The translations under genes were made by a program, and so were the position numbers. A stretch of DNA of 64,000 nucleotides from Dicyema japonicum (taxonomy: Eukaryota > Animalia > Dicyemida), in assembly GCA_011109175.1 (NCBI GenBank), contig RDEW01000024.1, positions 733,016 through 797,015 of the forward strand, written 5' to 3'. The notes beneath the pieces are model-generated. The model searched no databases. It had not been told where the DNA came from and saw only the letters and a list, made by a program, of their open reading frames with translations. Below are positions 50,101 to 63,240 of this stretch, one piece after another; position 1 is the first letter of the stretch, and each line of letters opens with the position of its first letter.

Positions 50101-51984
50101 TAGGAGACCAAAGACTTGGTCATAAGAATTCAATTACTTCACTATGAATCGGAGTACTTTCCGAAGTTATCCTCTATGTCCTATTCTCCGCCAATTTGAT
50201 AGCCTTCGATAAGAAGGGCGGCGGATTACGGCCGGTCTGGTTCGTCTTCATTTTCCCAAATATTAACCTCATTAAAAGAAAAAATATAAAAGTGCGACCT
50301 CAGATTTTTGGATCACACATTCTGAAATAGTTATCTCCCCTCTTTAAGAGATTCATTCTTGCGCTTCCTAAACTGATCTAAACAATTTAAAGATGCGTCA
50401 ACAGTTACATAAATGTTGTTGGATTTAATATTTTCAAAACACTTGTTTCATCAAAAAAATGATCTCACTTAGAATAAATCGTAAAAATTTAGGGTTGATA
50501 ATGTCCAGGATCTGCAAATTATTATATTTGAGAGAAGAATCACCGAAGATCAATTTACACCTTGAAATGAATAATGATATTGAAAGACAATGGGTTAAAG
50601 ATTGTCTTCATTCAGGTGGAGTTGAATCTATTTGGAAAGTTATTCATGACTATTCAGTTCGACACCAATGGGGAGATGTCTGACATTGGTTTCTCCACTC
50701 AGCAATCGCAGATGGGGATTTGAAAATGGTTAGTGAAATTAGTGTAACTACAAATCATGGAAGTAATGGTAAACTTACAATTTTAGTAAATCAAGTGAAA
50801 TATATTTCAAAAATTGATTTATTGGTTTTCAGGATTATTAACATAATTATGTTTCTCGGTTATGTATCCCAGAAAGATGTTAATAGCAGGAAAGGTGTTG
50901 TCTCAGACTTCAAATTTAGGGAACTGAAGAAATACTCCGTCCTTAGAGATTATTTACGATTCATCCTTATCACCTTCATAACTTTTAAAACGGTTGGAAG
51001 AATTAGTTTAAAAAATCTGATTGCTTTTCTGGGGTGAGTTAATACAAGGAGTCAGTTTTTGATATATGCAAAGGCCTCTCCAATATCCAAACTTTATCAT
51101 GCCAGGTGTGCTTCCTCGATACCTAAGAGATCAGTGTCAAAAAAGCTCAATTTGTATCTGTAGTAGAGTGGATCGAGACTGAGGCTTACTTCCTCGATTC
51201 CAAGGAAGTTATTGGTCTTACAAAAATCAAAGACTCAGTGACCTAGAAAAGTATCGAGGTGGAGGCGAAAACCGAGTTCCATGGCATAACTTACCAGACT
51301 AGTAAACCATTAGTTCTCCTTTGATATAGACATCAGAAAAGCTCAGAACGTATGAACACTGTTTAAAATCTTTAAATTCTTGAAAACCTCAACATTTCCA
51401 GAGATTTACAATTCTGGAAAACCCGTGTTGTGAGTTGACAAAGTTATTGCTATGTGTCTTCCTAATATATATTTTTGATTGGTGAGATTCTAAAGGTGAT
51501 GAGACAGAAAACCTTGAAAGTCCTATATAGTGAGTAACTTCTCTGCAATGTCAGGACATCATTTACTTGCCTTCTGACGTCCTTGTAACTCCTGCTCCAC
51601 TAATGTCGAAGATCATCACAAGTTTCAGCTTTAGAAAAAAGGTTGGAGAAGTAGATTTACTCTCTTCAATTTTCATTACACCTCACGTCGACATTTGGTG
51701 GAAGAGTTTTCATAGTGTAATCTTTAACATGGATTTGGTCAGGGAAATGGTAGGAAGATACTATTCGCCGTAAACATGAGCGCCCACAGCTATTCCCTCT
51801 GACCTGTTCCACGCTATATATTCATCACCAGATTTGCAATTTTGGTCTTTATTCCTTCGGTTATAAGTTTTCTTATCAGGAAGTTCACTGACCGTACTGA
51901 GAATATATCCATTTAGTTCAGTCGTAATAATTGAAATTTTTTAAGGATGTATTAAGTTTTTTTTCTTAAATTAAGAAAATAACT

Positions 51985-52250
51985 GGGTGGCATAGTGGTT
52001 AGTTGTCGGGCTTAAGTGGCTTAGGCTATGGGTTCGAATCTCGCTGCTGTTCACCTGGTGAAATGTTCCACGCATCTACGATGCTAAAAGGCTTGACAAG
52101 TGATGCCAGTGGACTCTCACTCCGGAACTGAATTGTCTAGAAAGGACACTCACACAAGAAAAAAAAGAAGTGAAGATCATTCCTTGGTTCTACGATTAGT
52201 TAAAATTAACTGTCCTTTACTTAAATAAAGTGTGTGTCTTGCCTATGCGG
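51985..52250 (+). mobile_element. tRNA-derived SINE, best-preserved copy
   Basis: A box TGGCATAGTGG at 51988-51998 and B box GGTTCGAATC at 52031-52040, followed by a ~200-bp body and tail shared with four other loci. Confidence 0.8.
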
Positions 52251-52339
52251 ATTCATTGGAACTGCTGTAACCAGAAATCCATTTAAATAAAATAATTTTT
52301 ATTAATAATTTAATAGAAATATAAATTATTGTTTACAAA

Positions 52340-53050
52340 GAATGCAGAGTCACTCTGTTCGACAAACATTCCTCCATACTCAGGAATTTGATAGATTGTA
52401 TCGCCAACGTATCCGTTCCTCCCCCAAGTGCCTATGGAAAAGGATTTTCTATGGATTTATCTGCCCTAGATATAATGGAAAACTTGTTGGTGTCCAGAGA
52501 TTTTAATGCCAAGCACCCTTCGTGATAAGAGGAACAACCTCCTGACACAAGGAAATTTCATATAATCTCCCAATTAGAAAATCTGTCCATTATGAACGAC
52601 CCCCAACTAGGAATACACGAACCTCGTATAATAGCATGGATTCCCGTACATCACCAGATATTACGTTATGTTCACCACGGCTTGCTCCGCTATTATGCTG
52701 GCCGGTAAACTATGACTTACTAAGCGACCATAATCTTATTCTGATCAAGATCAATTGTACACAAATGACGCGGTCAAAACACGTCAATTTTTATGACTAA
52801 ACTAATGCTCACTGGACAGGATTCAGAAGATACGTGGACTCGGCCCTATTGAATTTCCATCAGAATAATTTTAACTCAATTGATTGAGGAGTCTGTCATT
52901 TTAATATTGTTATTCTGGAAGGGAGAAAACTATTTGTCAGATAAGGAATTTTAAAGCTCACCAAGAATAAATTTGATGCAATCACAATCAAACTAATCAA
53001 AGAAAGGAATTATTGTTACTATGAGCAAGTAGGGAGATTATGTTCCATCT
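52340..53050 (+). mobile_element. LINE APE fragment
   Basis: SRDFNAKHPS..TSPDITLCS..LLSDHNLILI. Confidence 0.75.
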
Positions 53051-53099
53051 ATTCTTAAAACCACAACAGAGTTAATAAATCTGCTTCTTTTTTAAGAAT

Positions 53100-53420
53100 A
53101 TTTATTTAACACTTTTCTATGTCTGGACAAAGCTAAACGGAATTACATTTTACGTGGCAATATGGTTTTTTTGAAAATATGATAATTGAGTATGAGCATC
53201 GGACTAACCTATCTGACTCAGTTCATCTATCTTTCAACATATACCATAATTTGTCATAAATACTGTATATCTATGATGGAGTTATATCTATGATGGAGTT
53301 ATCTAGTGCTTCTGAAAGTATATGGACAAATACCTATAGAAATAATGAGAACATAAATTCAATCACTCAAACTAAAGAAAACTCTTGAGAGTTTAGTAAT
53401 CGAGTAAAGGCATTGAATTA
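53100..53420 (+). mobile_element. R4/Dong-like RLE fragment
   Basis: IQSLKLKKTLESLVIE. Confidence 0.5.
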
Positions 53421-54279
53421 AGATGTCTAATTATAAGTTCATCTCTACTTATAATCAACCTGAGGATCAACTAAGCGGTGATTACGAGGACATCTCATTG
53501 AATGCCATAGAGGATAGATGTCTGACTCACGTATGGAGAGAAAGAATAAAGATGAGTTAAGAGCTATCTTTTCTATTTGGGGGTGATTTCAAGTGATTAA
53601 AATAAATCAATACAACAATACATATAAAATGATTTCCTTGACTGAGATATAGTAACAGTTGGGAGAGTCTACTAGATTTTGCAAAGGAATATCTTACTTC
53701 CAGTATAACGTAACTATTATTAGATGGGAAAAATAAGTTCGGGAAGTTAAAATGGGATTAAAGAAAAGGATTCTTACCTCGGTACTCTGTACTCCCAACT
53801 GTTATTATATCTCTGTCTTTGAAAGTGGTTAGAATGTTATATCTTCAATACAAAAAACGAGACTGAGCCCTATCAATCGCAGTCCATGACCGGGTATCAA
53901 CTAGAGCTATTAGAAGCCTTTTTATCAACAAGGTCTGGAACGTATTCCACCAGCTTCCATAGCGCGGGAAGTTCATTTCCACATGGTGCGTTTACTTAGT
54001 ATCACGTAAATTTACTTTCGCATCTGTACAGGATTGGACAATCGTTTTTTCCTCTATGTAATTTTATTTTTAAAAACAAGAATTAATTATTTCTAGAATA
54101 ACTGCAGATGAATTTCTCATCGAATTAACATAATTTATAAACTGATTTCGATATTGACATAATTTATAAAACTAACATAATTTTTTATGGTAATTTTTTA
54201 ATACAAATATACAAATTATTGCATTTTAACTTTAAAATCATGTGAAAACGATTATTAAAATTAAGTAAAGTTGATATTA

Positions 54280-54950
54280 CAGGTCTCCATTATGGCATGT
54301 AGACGTTGAGCATGCAATGGGAATTACCTGTCACAATCCCGAGGCCAATGTTCTGTTAGAATATAGTGGTGCTATATGATCAACCTGTCTCAGATGACGC
54401 ACTCTGCCAGGGTGGCATGTAAATGATCATTTTCTTTCCCCCAATCCATTGGATGGGTTCCCACGATGGTTCCTGTGATGAATGGACGTTTTCAACCTCT
54501 TATGCTGCTTCTGGATTAACCCAGTATTCAGTGGTCGTAGACTTGACGAGAGAAACCAAGATCTATCACTAGTTTATTTCGTTTCAACGTAGTTTCGTAA
54601 CGTTGGGAATATATGTTAGTGTAAATAACCGTACACGTGTGCTTCGCATTCTGATGAGCAATAATTACAACTGGCAACATAATAATTTCAAAAATTATAC
54701 GATTCCCAATAATAACTTCGTGGAATACGACTTCGATTATACCTGTAATTGCTCTCATTTGAAATTTACAGATCCCTTTTATGCAGATACCAAGAGAATT
54801 CATATAATTTCCTGAACTAAAACTCTGTGGGTAATTTCGAATTGGATGAACTTTATTACTATCAAGAGACCGACTATTTTTCCAGACAGGATAGTAATGG
54901 TTTATTCTGGAGTTGCCCCCATCAACCAAATGGATCACAAATCCATGCTA
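54280..54950 (+). pseudogene. Degenerate Cys-rich/discoidin-like gene, copy B
   Basis: HDGSCDEWTFST..YSVVVDLTRETKIYH|21-nt intron|YFVTLGIYVSVNN..VEYDFDYTCNCSHLKF, with frameshifts upstream and downstream. Confidence 0.4.
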
Positions 54951-57900
54951 ACAGTTAAGGTGACTGTCTTTCATTTAATCTTTTGTCCGAGGTAAAAGGG
55001 ATGTGGATATTTATTCTGATGCCTTCNTGTAAATTTAATTTTGTTAATTACTTCAATTTTTGACCCATAAATAAAAAAATTTGACTTGTTTATGCAGACG
55101 ATACACGTTGAGCTCAATTTGATAGCATTTTGTGTTTCGAACAAATAACCAGTTAGCAAAGTGATTAATTTGTCTGAAGGTTGAGGTCGTGACGTACTTG
55201 TATTGGTTCTTCTTCTAGTGAACATGGACAAGGCGATAGACTCGGGAGACGACTACGTGTGTGTCAAACAGAGATCTAATCACTTGTCACATCCAAGATT
55301 CTTTGACATCTTTTGAAAAAGATGTCGACCTTTTTTAACTTCAAGGTGACTGTCTTTCATTCAATCTTTTGTCCGAGGTAAAAGGGATGTGGATATTTAT
55401 TCTGAGGCCTTATGAATGTCCCGATTCTCGAAGCCAACAGATTATCATCCGCATAGGAAAGTAGAGCATCATTATCAGATTCAAGTGTTGGGAGACCGTC
55501 CAGAATGAGGTTACTTAGAGTAGAGGATAAAAAAGATCCTTGAGAGACTCCGTTGGGGAGGAGACGCGAGATTGATTTCTGACCTCCGAGACATACACGT
55601 CAAAAGCTTTGTATATGTCAATCTAGCAGAGTGCTGTTTTTAAGTGCCTAGGCGAACAATCTTCACGAGTGCGCTCAAGGGCCTGCTCTGCACCCGTCAA
55701 GGCGGATTAGGCCAAACTCGAAAAATACGACGACCCTCCTGATAATATCTAATTTGTTCCCCTTAATATGGAGACTTCTAAATCCTACTCCCCCTCTACA
55801 CTAGAGTATTTCTGACGTCTTGAGATCGCATCACATCATACTCTGGAGATCTCCGAGAACGCCGCTGGCTGTTTGAGCGAATTTCGCTCGCAATTCTGAG
55901 AGAGAACAGCCACGCAGTGAGGGCGGCAGCTAACTAATGTTTTGTCCTTATCATTTTTTTATTAAAAAAGTGTACATAATTAAAAATATAAACTGAATTT
56001 TATAATTGGCTGGCTCATTTAAAATTTTTTCCAGAAACCTTAGCCCTGTTTGGTTCTTCACTTAGTCTTAATTTAGTTTATTAAATAGCTTTAAAATTAA
56101 TTTAATATTAATTTATTTTTAAAAATTGGTTTACATTGTGGTATAGCCTTTAATAATTTTTTATTTATTAGCGTGTCGCTAAATTTAACTTAGTTTTTGA
56201 AAGCATGGCTATTCTCTTTTTAACATGGACTCCATAACTTTGTTTTTAAGTACATTACGTCCCTCGTCTTCAAAAAAAGTGGACTACATAACTTTGTTTA
56301 AGAACATTACTTCCCTCATCTTCAAAAACACCCAAATATCGATTTTACTGAGTCCTTCCAGAGTTCACAACATAAGAACGATTTAGCATTAGAGACTGAC
56401 TTTTCAGAGTTCATTTTTAAGCAGGCCACATTAAAGAAATCGCGAACAACTTTCATCATTTCAATAAAAGTGAAATTTATCTGAATTTAATATTCCTAGT
56501 TGTTTGTTATAAAGTCCGAGATTTGTCCAGGCAACTATCAGTAGAAGCTTCTTCAAAAGCGATCTTTTTGACAATATATACAATTTTGTTTTTTAATAAA
56601 TCAAAGTTATTTCTTTTTTAAAATTAAATTGGTTTATCATGCACGTGGTAGACGATATTGCATAAAATGCAGGAAGCGCTTTACAAGAACTTTGCACAAT
56701 TGACTAGAGTTCCGTTATAATGCGATCTATAATGACCGGATCAGTGAAGATAGCTGTAATGTTTGCGGTCCGCTAATCTAAAATAAGCGGTGAGCAAACA
56801 GTTAGTCAAAAACGACAGAGAGGCTATAATACCGACTTCATTCCTTTCGAAGAGTCAGATGGAATAGTGTTTGTCTACAAATCGGTCCCAAATCCAAATA
56901 ATCCACATATAGGGAGGCTATAATACCGACTTCATTCCTTTCGAAGAGTCAGGTGGAATAGTGTTCGTCCACAAATCGGTCCCAAATCTAAATAATCCAC
57001 ATCTAACATAGGGAAAACGGAAAACTTCCTATCTTTGTCATAACGACTGAAAGTGTACCTTGATCACTTTCATAACATTTTCCAACTGATTCTGAGTCAG
57101 GCCCCCACCAGTTGGGTTGTCACTACAAACCTGGAATAAATTTGTGTTCTTTTCGAACGCTTTCTGAGGATAAGTCAAAGTCATACTTGTATGTCTCAGA
57201 ATAAACTCTCAAATTCAATTTTTTGTAATTTCACGTAATAACAATTGTTTCTTTGGCTAAGTGCTTCGCTTCTCCAATTGCTTGAAAGCCAATGACCGCG
57301 AATTATAATAATCGAGTACTCATTTTTTTTATGGCTGTTTTTCTCCAACAATAGTTCACAGGAGAGATACCTAAATCTATCCAAACTCTTAATCCGAAAA
57401 TATCCGAATGTCATTTCTTGAATATAGACCTATTTTCACTAAATTTTTTTTTAATTTATTAATACATTGAATTAGGGAATAATCATCATCGATTTGATCC
57501 CCCGATTAAACTCTAAATGCAAATTTCTGAATTTCCAAGTTTAATAATTGTATCTTTGGATTTCCATTATATGGACCAAAACAAGTACACATTAATTCGC
57601 CAAAGTTTATGATTTTCCAACTTCCAGGTTGAGCGTATGATTAAGATGGTTTACATCCTGAAGTTTCCATTATATGGACCAAAACAAGTACACATTAATT
57701 CGCCAAAGTTTATGATTTTCTAACTTCCAGGTTGAGTTTATGATTAAGATGGCTTACATCCAGAAGACCTCGTTGAGCATTTTTCTAGCTAATCTGATTG
57801 CTTTATCAGATTTCCTTATTAAAGAAAACTTTCATCAGAAAATAAACCTTACTGGTGGCTCTTGTCGGACTGAAATCAACTAATTTGTTCAGATCTTTTA

Positions 57901-58718
57901 TTTCATTTTTTTTGACACAGTGATTTGTGATAATGATGTTTTTTTTTTATTTTGCTAAGATGGATAGATAGTTGATCTTGCTCTATAGCATTGATTTTTA
58001 TATTTTTTGTTTGTTAAACTAGCTCATTTGATAGAGTGTTCAAAAGATTCACTTTTTCTATTCCTGTAGAGTAATTATCACAGTAATAAATTTGGATGTG
58101 ATACTTGAAGGGATGGTTCTCACTCCTACCATGGGAAATAGATATACCTTAATTACACTGACTTCACCTTTTATAAAACTCCTTGACTCTTTATTAATAA
58201 ATTGTTATTATTGTTGTTTTAATTAACTTATAATCTCTTCCCGGTACATTCATATTTATTATGTAGAGAGCGCTGAGAGNNNNNNNNNNNNNNNNNNNNN
58301 NNNNNNNNNNNNNNNNNNNNNNNNNNNNNNNNNNNNNNNNNNNNNNNNNNNNNNNNNNNNNNNNNNNNNNNNNNNNNNNNNNNNNNNNNNNNNNNNNNNN
58401 NNNNNNNNNNNNNNNNNNNNNNNNNNNNNNNNNNNNNNNNNNNNNNNNNNNNNNNNNNNNNNNNNNNNNNNNNNNNNNNNNNNNNNNNNNNNNNNNNNNN
58501 NNNNNNNNNNNNNNNNNNNNNNNNNNNNNNNNNNNNNNNNNNNNNNNNNNNNNNNNNNNNNNNNNNNNNNNNNNNNNNNNNNNNNNNNNNNNNNNNNNNN
58601 NNNNNNNNNNNNNNNNNNNNNNNNNNNNNNNNNNNNNNNNNNNNNNNNNNNNNNNNNNNNNNNNNNNNNNNNNNNNNNNNNNNNNNNNNNNNNNNNNNNN
58701 NNNNNNNNNNNNNNNNNN

Positions 58719-59310
58719 CCCTCGAGGCTTTGGTCAATAGACACCCAAGTGCTCTAAGGAAAGAGACCGTCTTGGGGCCAAAGACTCCGGTCGTCTCGAC
58801 GACCACTGGCTGTACATGGAAGCGCTTTAAAAGGCTGCTGTATTTCTTTATTTTTGAGTTTTCATATAAACGGGCAACATCTCCCACTTCCATTGCCGAC
58901 CTCAAAAGTATCGACTGGGAAAAGCTGTCAGTAAAGGCAGTATCCCAAATTAAGCATTTGCCCCGAGAGAAGGGGAAGACAGTAATTCCATCGGGTCGCT
59001 TCCCATCATCCCTACTCAAGCTTGTTGGCTCTAGAATGGATGGGTATCCCGCTAGCTCGAGGGCGCGCTTCACCACCTCATTTATAGCCTTGTGTCTAGC
59101 GAATCGACCTGCACTTTTTCGACAAGAAAGGGCATGATGTCCATAGCAGTCTACCATCCGGCCGCATCGGCACTCATGGGGTTGACAAACTTTCAATCCA
59201 AGTCTGATTGAGACTCCGGTACGGCCCGTTTTATCGTCTAGGTGAGTTCCCACGTTTCCAATGAGTAGAATATTGATCCAAGCCCCGTTCCACTCGCATC
59301 TTGCAGTTAA
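58719..59310 (-). mobile_element. CRE family B, well-preserved zinc knuckle + RLE domain
   Basis: CQPHECRCG..HALSC..FARHKAINEVVKRAL..EP..RPDGITVFPFSRGKCLIWD..KIKKY..PVVVETTGVFG; open for ~180 codons up to the gap. Confidence 0.9.
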
Positions 59311-59489
59311 AACACAGGCTCATTGGTGTTGGTTAGATATTTTCAAAAGCGTCTCGTATTTATCCTCGCAGACAGACTCATAAAGGTCTCTCTACCCGGG
59401 TTGTTTGACTTTAGGGTGTACCAAATCTGGGTAATTAATTATCCATTAATAACAAAATTGATCTTTTTGATTAAAATTGATTTAATTTA

Positions 59490-59675
59490 CGCATTGACCG
59501 ATTCATCGGGAGCCGTTGGTCTAATGACGGCTAAGATCTTGCGAGAACTCGGAAAATTGCTTGCCAGAAAGAAAAGGGATCAACGAGAAGGGTTATGGCT
59601 AAGACAAAAGATTGGAAATAGCCATACTCCGAGGGAACTCGTTCGCAATCCACGCAGCAGGCTTCCTCAACTGAC
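59490..59675 (+). mobile_element. CRE family B 3' end
   Basis: GAVGLMTAKILRELGKLLARKKRDQREGLWLRQKIG. Confidence 0.8.
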
Positions 59676-60679
59676 ATATGTTTAATTGTTAAAAAAAATT
59701 TTTTAAAAAAAAAATTTACGCATTCGAAATCCGTGTATTTTTTTTAATTTCTCCAAAAACCTTAAGAATTTTTAAAATTAGTTAACGAAAGTTATGTAGC
59801 GAAAAATTCTGCCTTATGTAATATTAGAAAAACGTTCAATAAAGACCCTCAAATGTTAGAGTAAATAGTGTACCTTTTTATTCAATTGAATCCATCTAAT
59901 CAACTAGATTTTCATCGAGTTCCGGGTTTTTATTTTTTTGCAAGTTTTTAGTTTAGGATCTCTGTTTTTGAACTGAAATAAATGCGACCCTGCATTCATT
60001 AATATTGCATTGACTATCATTCTTGAAATTCTCTTTTCAAAAATAGAAGAAATTTGTTGCATATCATTAAAATATTAAAAATAATATTTAAAAAATAAAA
60101 ATAATTTTTAAAAATGTTGGAAAATATCATTGAAAATAAAAAAAAATCTATAAAAATGGCAAATTTTAGAATTGGCAAATTTAAAAGTGGCATATTTGAG
60201 AGAGTTTACTGTATTTACTTTTTTATTAAAAAATACAATATATTGATTTTGCTTTTAAAAAGTAGCTGTCATATTTTAAATAAGTACCATCTCCTATTTT
60301 CTGCAAACTCTTTAGGTGTCAGCATTAGCGGGTGAGGTCTTCCTCTTTGGACTATTTCGTTTTTTAATCAATGTTTTTGTTCTTAGTGTCTGAAAATGGA
60401 GAAATTCTGTCCATTTGAATAGTGTTCTTGCTTCATATGATTGTTTGAACATTTGCCTAATTGATCAATAGAACATCATGCAACCACGTATTGACTGATG
60501 CCTCATCAATTGCCGAGGTCATAGTTGATTATGGTTAGCAGATGTCCTCGTATACATGATCGTGTATTCAAGTTCAAAAAGAACAGGCTGTGATTGCCCA
60601 GAATGTCGTATTTGACAGAATTTCAAAGTAGAGGATCCAATTACTGCTACCAAATGCTTATTGTTGATGCTACAATTTA

Positions 60680-61085
60680 TCACCTTTATATTGAAGAGAG
60701 GTCAGGGGATCATGGTTTACCATCATTTTGAGTAGATGGTTTTGTGTGAAGGGTCGAGTTTTCAAGGTTGCAAAAAATCTTACAGATCCTCAATTTCCAA
60801 ATCTTATCATGAGCTTTCCATATGGATCAAAGAAATGACTAAAGTATCCACAAATGATTAGGTTCTTGTGTTTTGTAAGTCAANCTTTATATTGAAGAGA
60901 GGTCAGGGGATCACGGTTTACCATCATTTTAAGTAGATGGTTTTGTGCGATGAGTCGAGTTTTCGAGGATGCAAAAAATCTTACAGATCCTCAATTTCCA
61001 TATCTTATCATGAATTTTCCATATGGATCGAAGAAATGACTAAAGTATCTACAAATGATTAGGTTTTTTTGTTTGGTAAGTCAAG
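60680..61085. repeat. ~200-bp duplication joined at a single N (60884)
   Basis: ctttatattgaagagaggtcagggg...aaatgattagg occurs twice; probable assembly overlap. Confidence 0.85.
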
Positions 61086-61349
61086 TGAAAATGAGAAAAA
61101 CGAATGGACGAAGTTTGTAGGGTTGTAGTCATCAGTTCGATGAAATCATTATCTTGTAGAGGACTATAGACACAGTGGATGATCTCGTAAAGAACTGAGT
61201 GACATATTATAGATAGTAAAACTCTCCCAAGTTTTCCGTCTTTCACGTCAAGATTACCAAATAGTCAAGGATCTTTGGTGTTAGGATTCCACTACGAAAT
61301 ATGGACTTATGTAATAGACATCAATATGATGTCTTTTTGTGAGGTTCCC

Positions 61350-62050
61350 AGTTGAATAATATTGTGCTATTGTGTAGTTGGATGTGATAATTGATTGACA
61401 GTGCTAGTATGCGACGGGAGTGAGGGTTTTTTTGTGGCACAGGACACATGGAATCTTCACAACAAACTGTAAAGTGGATCATCTGATGAAGGGTAAAAAG
61501 GATCTTGCTGGCTTTGAGGATTGGGGCGATGATCGATTTTTTAGATCATTGCCATCCATCCAATTGTGGAGAATTAGTTCTTCATCTGGTGTATGACTGG
61601 CTATCCCCCAATATGTAATCTTTGCTGTAACAAAATCTCAGTTCACTTTTTTTTCGAAGGTGAACCTGGTTTATTCCTTAATATTTATAATTCGCATTTT
61701 CCATTGGAAAGGTTCCCATAAATGCAAGGACTGGATGGACATGACATTGGAAGATAAATTAATCATTAGTAATCCGTAATAAATGCCAAGGAAAATAGTT
61801 AATTTTTATCTCTATACAACCTCGCCGACCAATACAACCCCCAAAATGACAAAAACTCAATAAATGCTTGATTTGGGATGGGGCCTGTATCAACATCTAC
61901 TTTCAGTCGAGACTTACTGGTTCCGCGTTGAAAGCTGGGGAGGCTGTTCGGACTATCAAGCACTTCAAGATTAAATAATACGACAGCCTCTGTACAGTTT
62001 TCAGGAAGAGCGGAGTCTTTGGGAACAAGACGTTATCGCTCTCTAAATTA
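61350..62050. mobile_element. I-group LINE RT remnants on both strands
   Basis: Minus strand: KKSIIAPILKASK. The plus-strand piece resembles 14240-14350. Confidence 0.5.
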
Positions 62051-62869
62051 AAATTCGCACTCTAAATAAGCAATAGAAAAAAGACTTGAAAATGGAATAC
62101 AAACTAGGAGTTTACAATAAACGCAGTCTGAGTCATTTGTGCGTCGACTATTGACACGTGGAAGATTAAATGGAAGACATTAGGTGAAGGAAAAAAAGAA
62201 CGTTTCAGTCACTCGTATCCAGACAAAAGATGCACGTTAACTAACTGTGTAACAGTCTTAAGGGATCCCGCGGCAATAAATAGTAGCAAGGTTTCATCAA
62301 GTCCTGTGGACGAACACAGTCCTCTTGCTCAAAATGATCTCTTTCGTTTCCTTAAGACTATCTGAAATTGCTCATTAAAATAATTCTTTTCTGTAGGAAA
62401 CGAATAATATCATTGTCATTTTCTGGCCTATATAAGCGCATATTACTGCGTTCATAAATTCTACATTTTGGTAAGGCAGAATATTAACCAGTAAGAAATT
62501 TTCAACGGAAATTTATTTACGGCCCTCACTGGATTCATATGTATTTTAATAAAGCAAAGTCAAAGACACTGCTTTAGCATAACGTTGGCCTTTATTTCAA
62601 CTGTTGATCCAATAAATCCTCACAAGGTATTAAATCTAGTCATTTTGAATAGAGATGTTATTTTTTTAAATGTGAAAAGGTGAGCTGTATTGATGGCGCC
62701 AATTTTGGCAGTGGCCAGTGTACAAATCTGTGGAAATTTAAGTTTGGTGCTTATATGCACATATATTCCATTTATGATTGATGGTCTTTACCACAACACA
62801 CACAAAAATGCTGATTATGTCGTTATTTCAGCAAGTTCTGTTTGTCTTCTTGCCTATCTTTATATGTTT

Positions 62870-63240
62870 GGGGGCCTGCCACGGAATGATCCCTTCAGTT
62901 GTAGGAAATAGTTCTCCATTGCAATGTTTGGTGGAGTCAACTTTTCCATTCGTAAGATGTGACCAAAAAGTCTCCACCTAGCCTTAAGAATCTCCTCTGA
63001 TAATGCCTTAAGCCACATCTTTTGTACAGTTCTGAATTTGATATCTTTTAAGGGAAATGTATTCTCAAGATGTTTCTTAGTTGATTTCTATAAAATTGAT
63101 CCAGATTGTCCATTTCCCGTTTCGTAATCCCCCATGTCCCACAGTTGTATGTCAGGACTAGAACCACGAATGTTTTATACAATTTTAGCTTTGTATTCGT
63201 AGTTATGCTCTTCTTAGAACGCCAGATAGTTAAGAATTTT
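62870..63240 (-). mobile_element. RTE-clade LINE C-terminal fragment
   Basis: TKLKLYKTFVVLVLTYNCGTW..ARWRLFGHILRM..FRGRPP. Confidence 0.85.

Larger units (their letters stand above)
45986..60830 (+). repeat. Segmental duplication, copy B
   Basis: See copy A. B-specific inserts lie at about 46211-46452, 51770-53505 and 57985-60060. Confidence 0.92.

Noticed and set aside
51985-52060. tRNA gene
   Set aside because: A and B boxes are present but I could not fold a convincing cloverleaf, and the sequence continues into a dispersed repeat body, so it is called a SINE.
34000-54400. TGA at Cys/Trp-like positions in relic genes, suggesting codon reassignment
   Set aside because: The same relics also carry TAA/TAG stops and frameshifts; the intact genes need no in-frame TGA.
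11535-59253. Long ORFs full of X (11535-12188, 17960-18520, 27118-28397, 58228-59253 and others)
   Set aside because: They span N-gaps (11653-12011, 18119-18413, 24011-24037, 27210-28072, 41028-41143, 58280-58718); only the flanks are informative.
62400-62911. Multi-pass membrane protein gene
   Set aside because: Hydrophobic ORF pieces and intron-like segments do not join without stops, and the 3' part overlaps an antisense RTE fragment.
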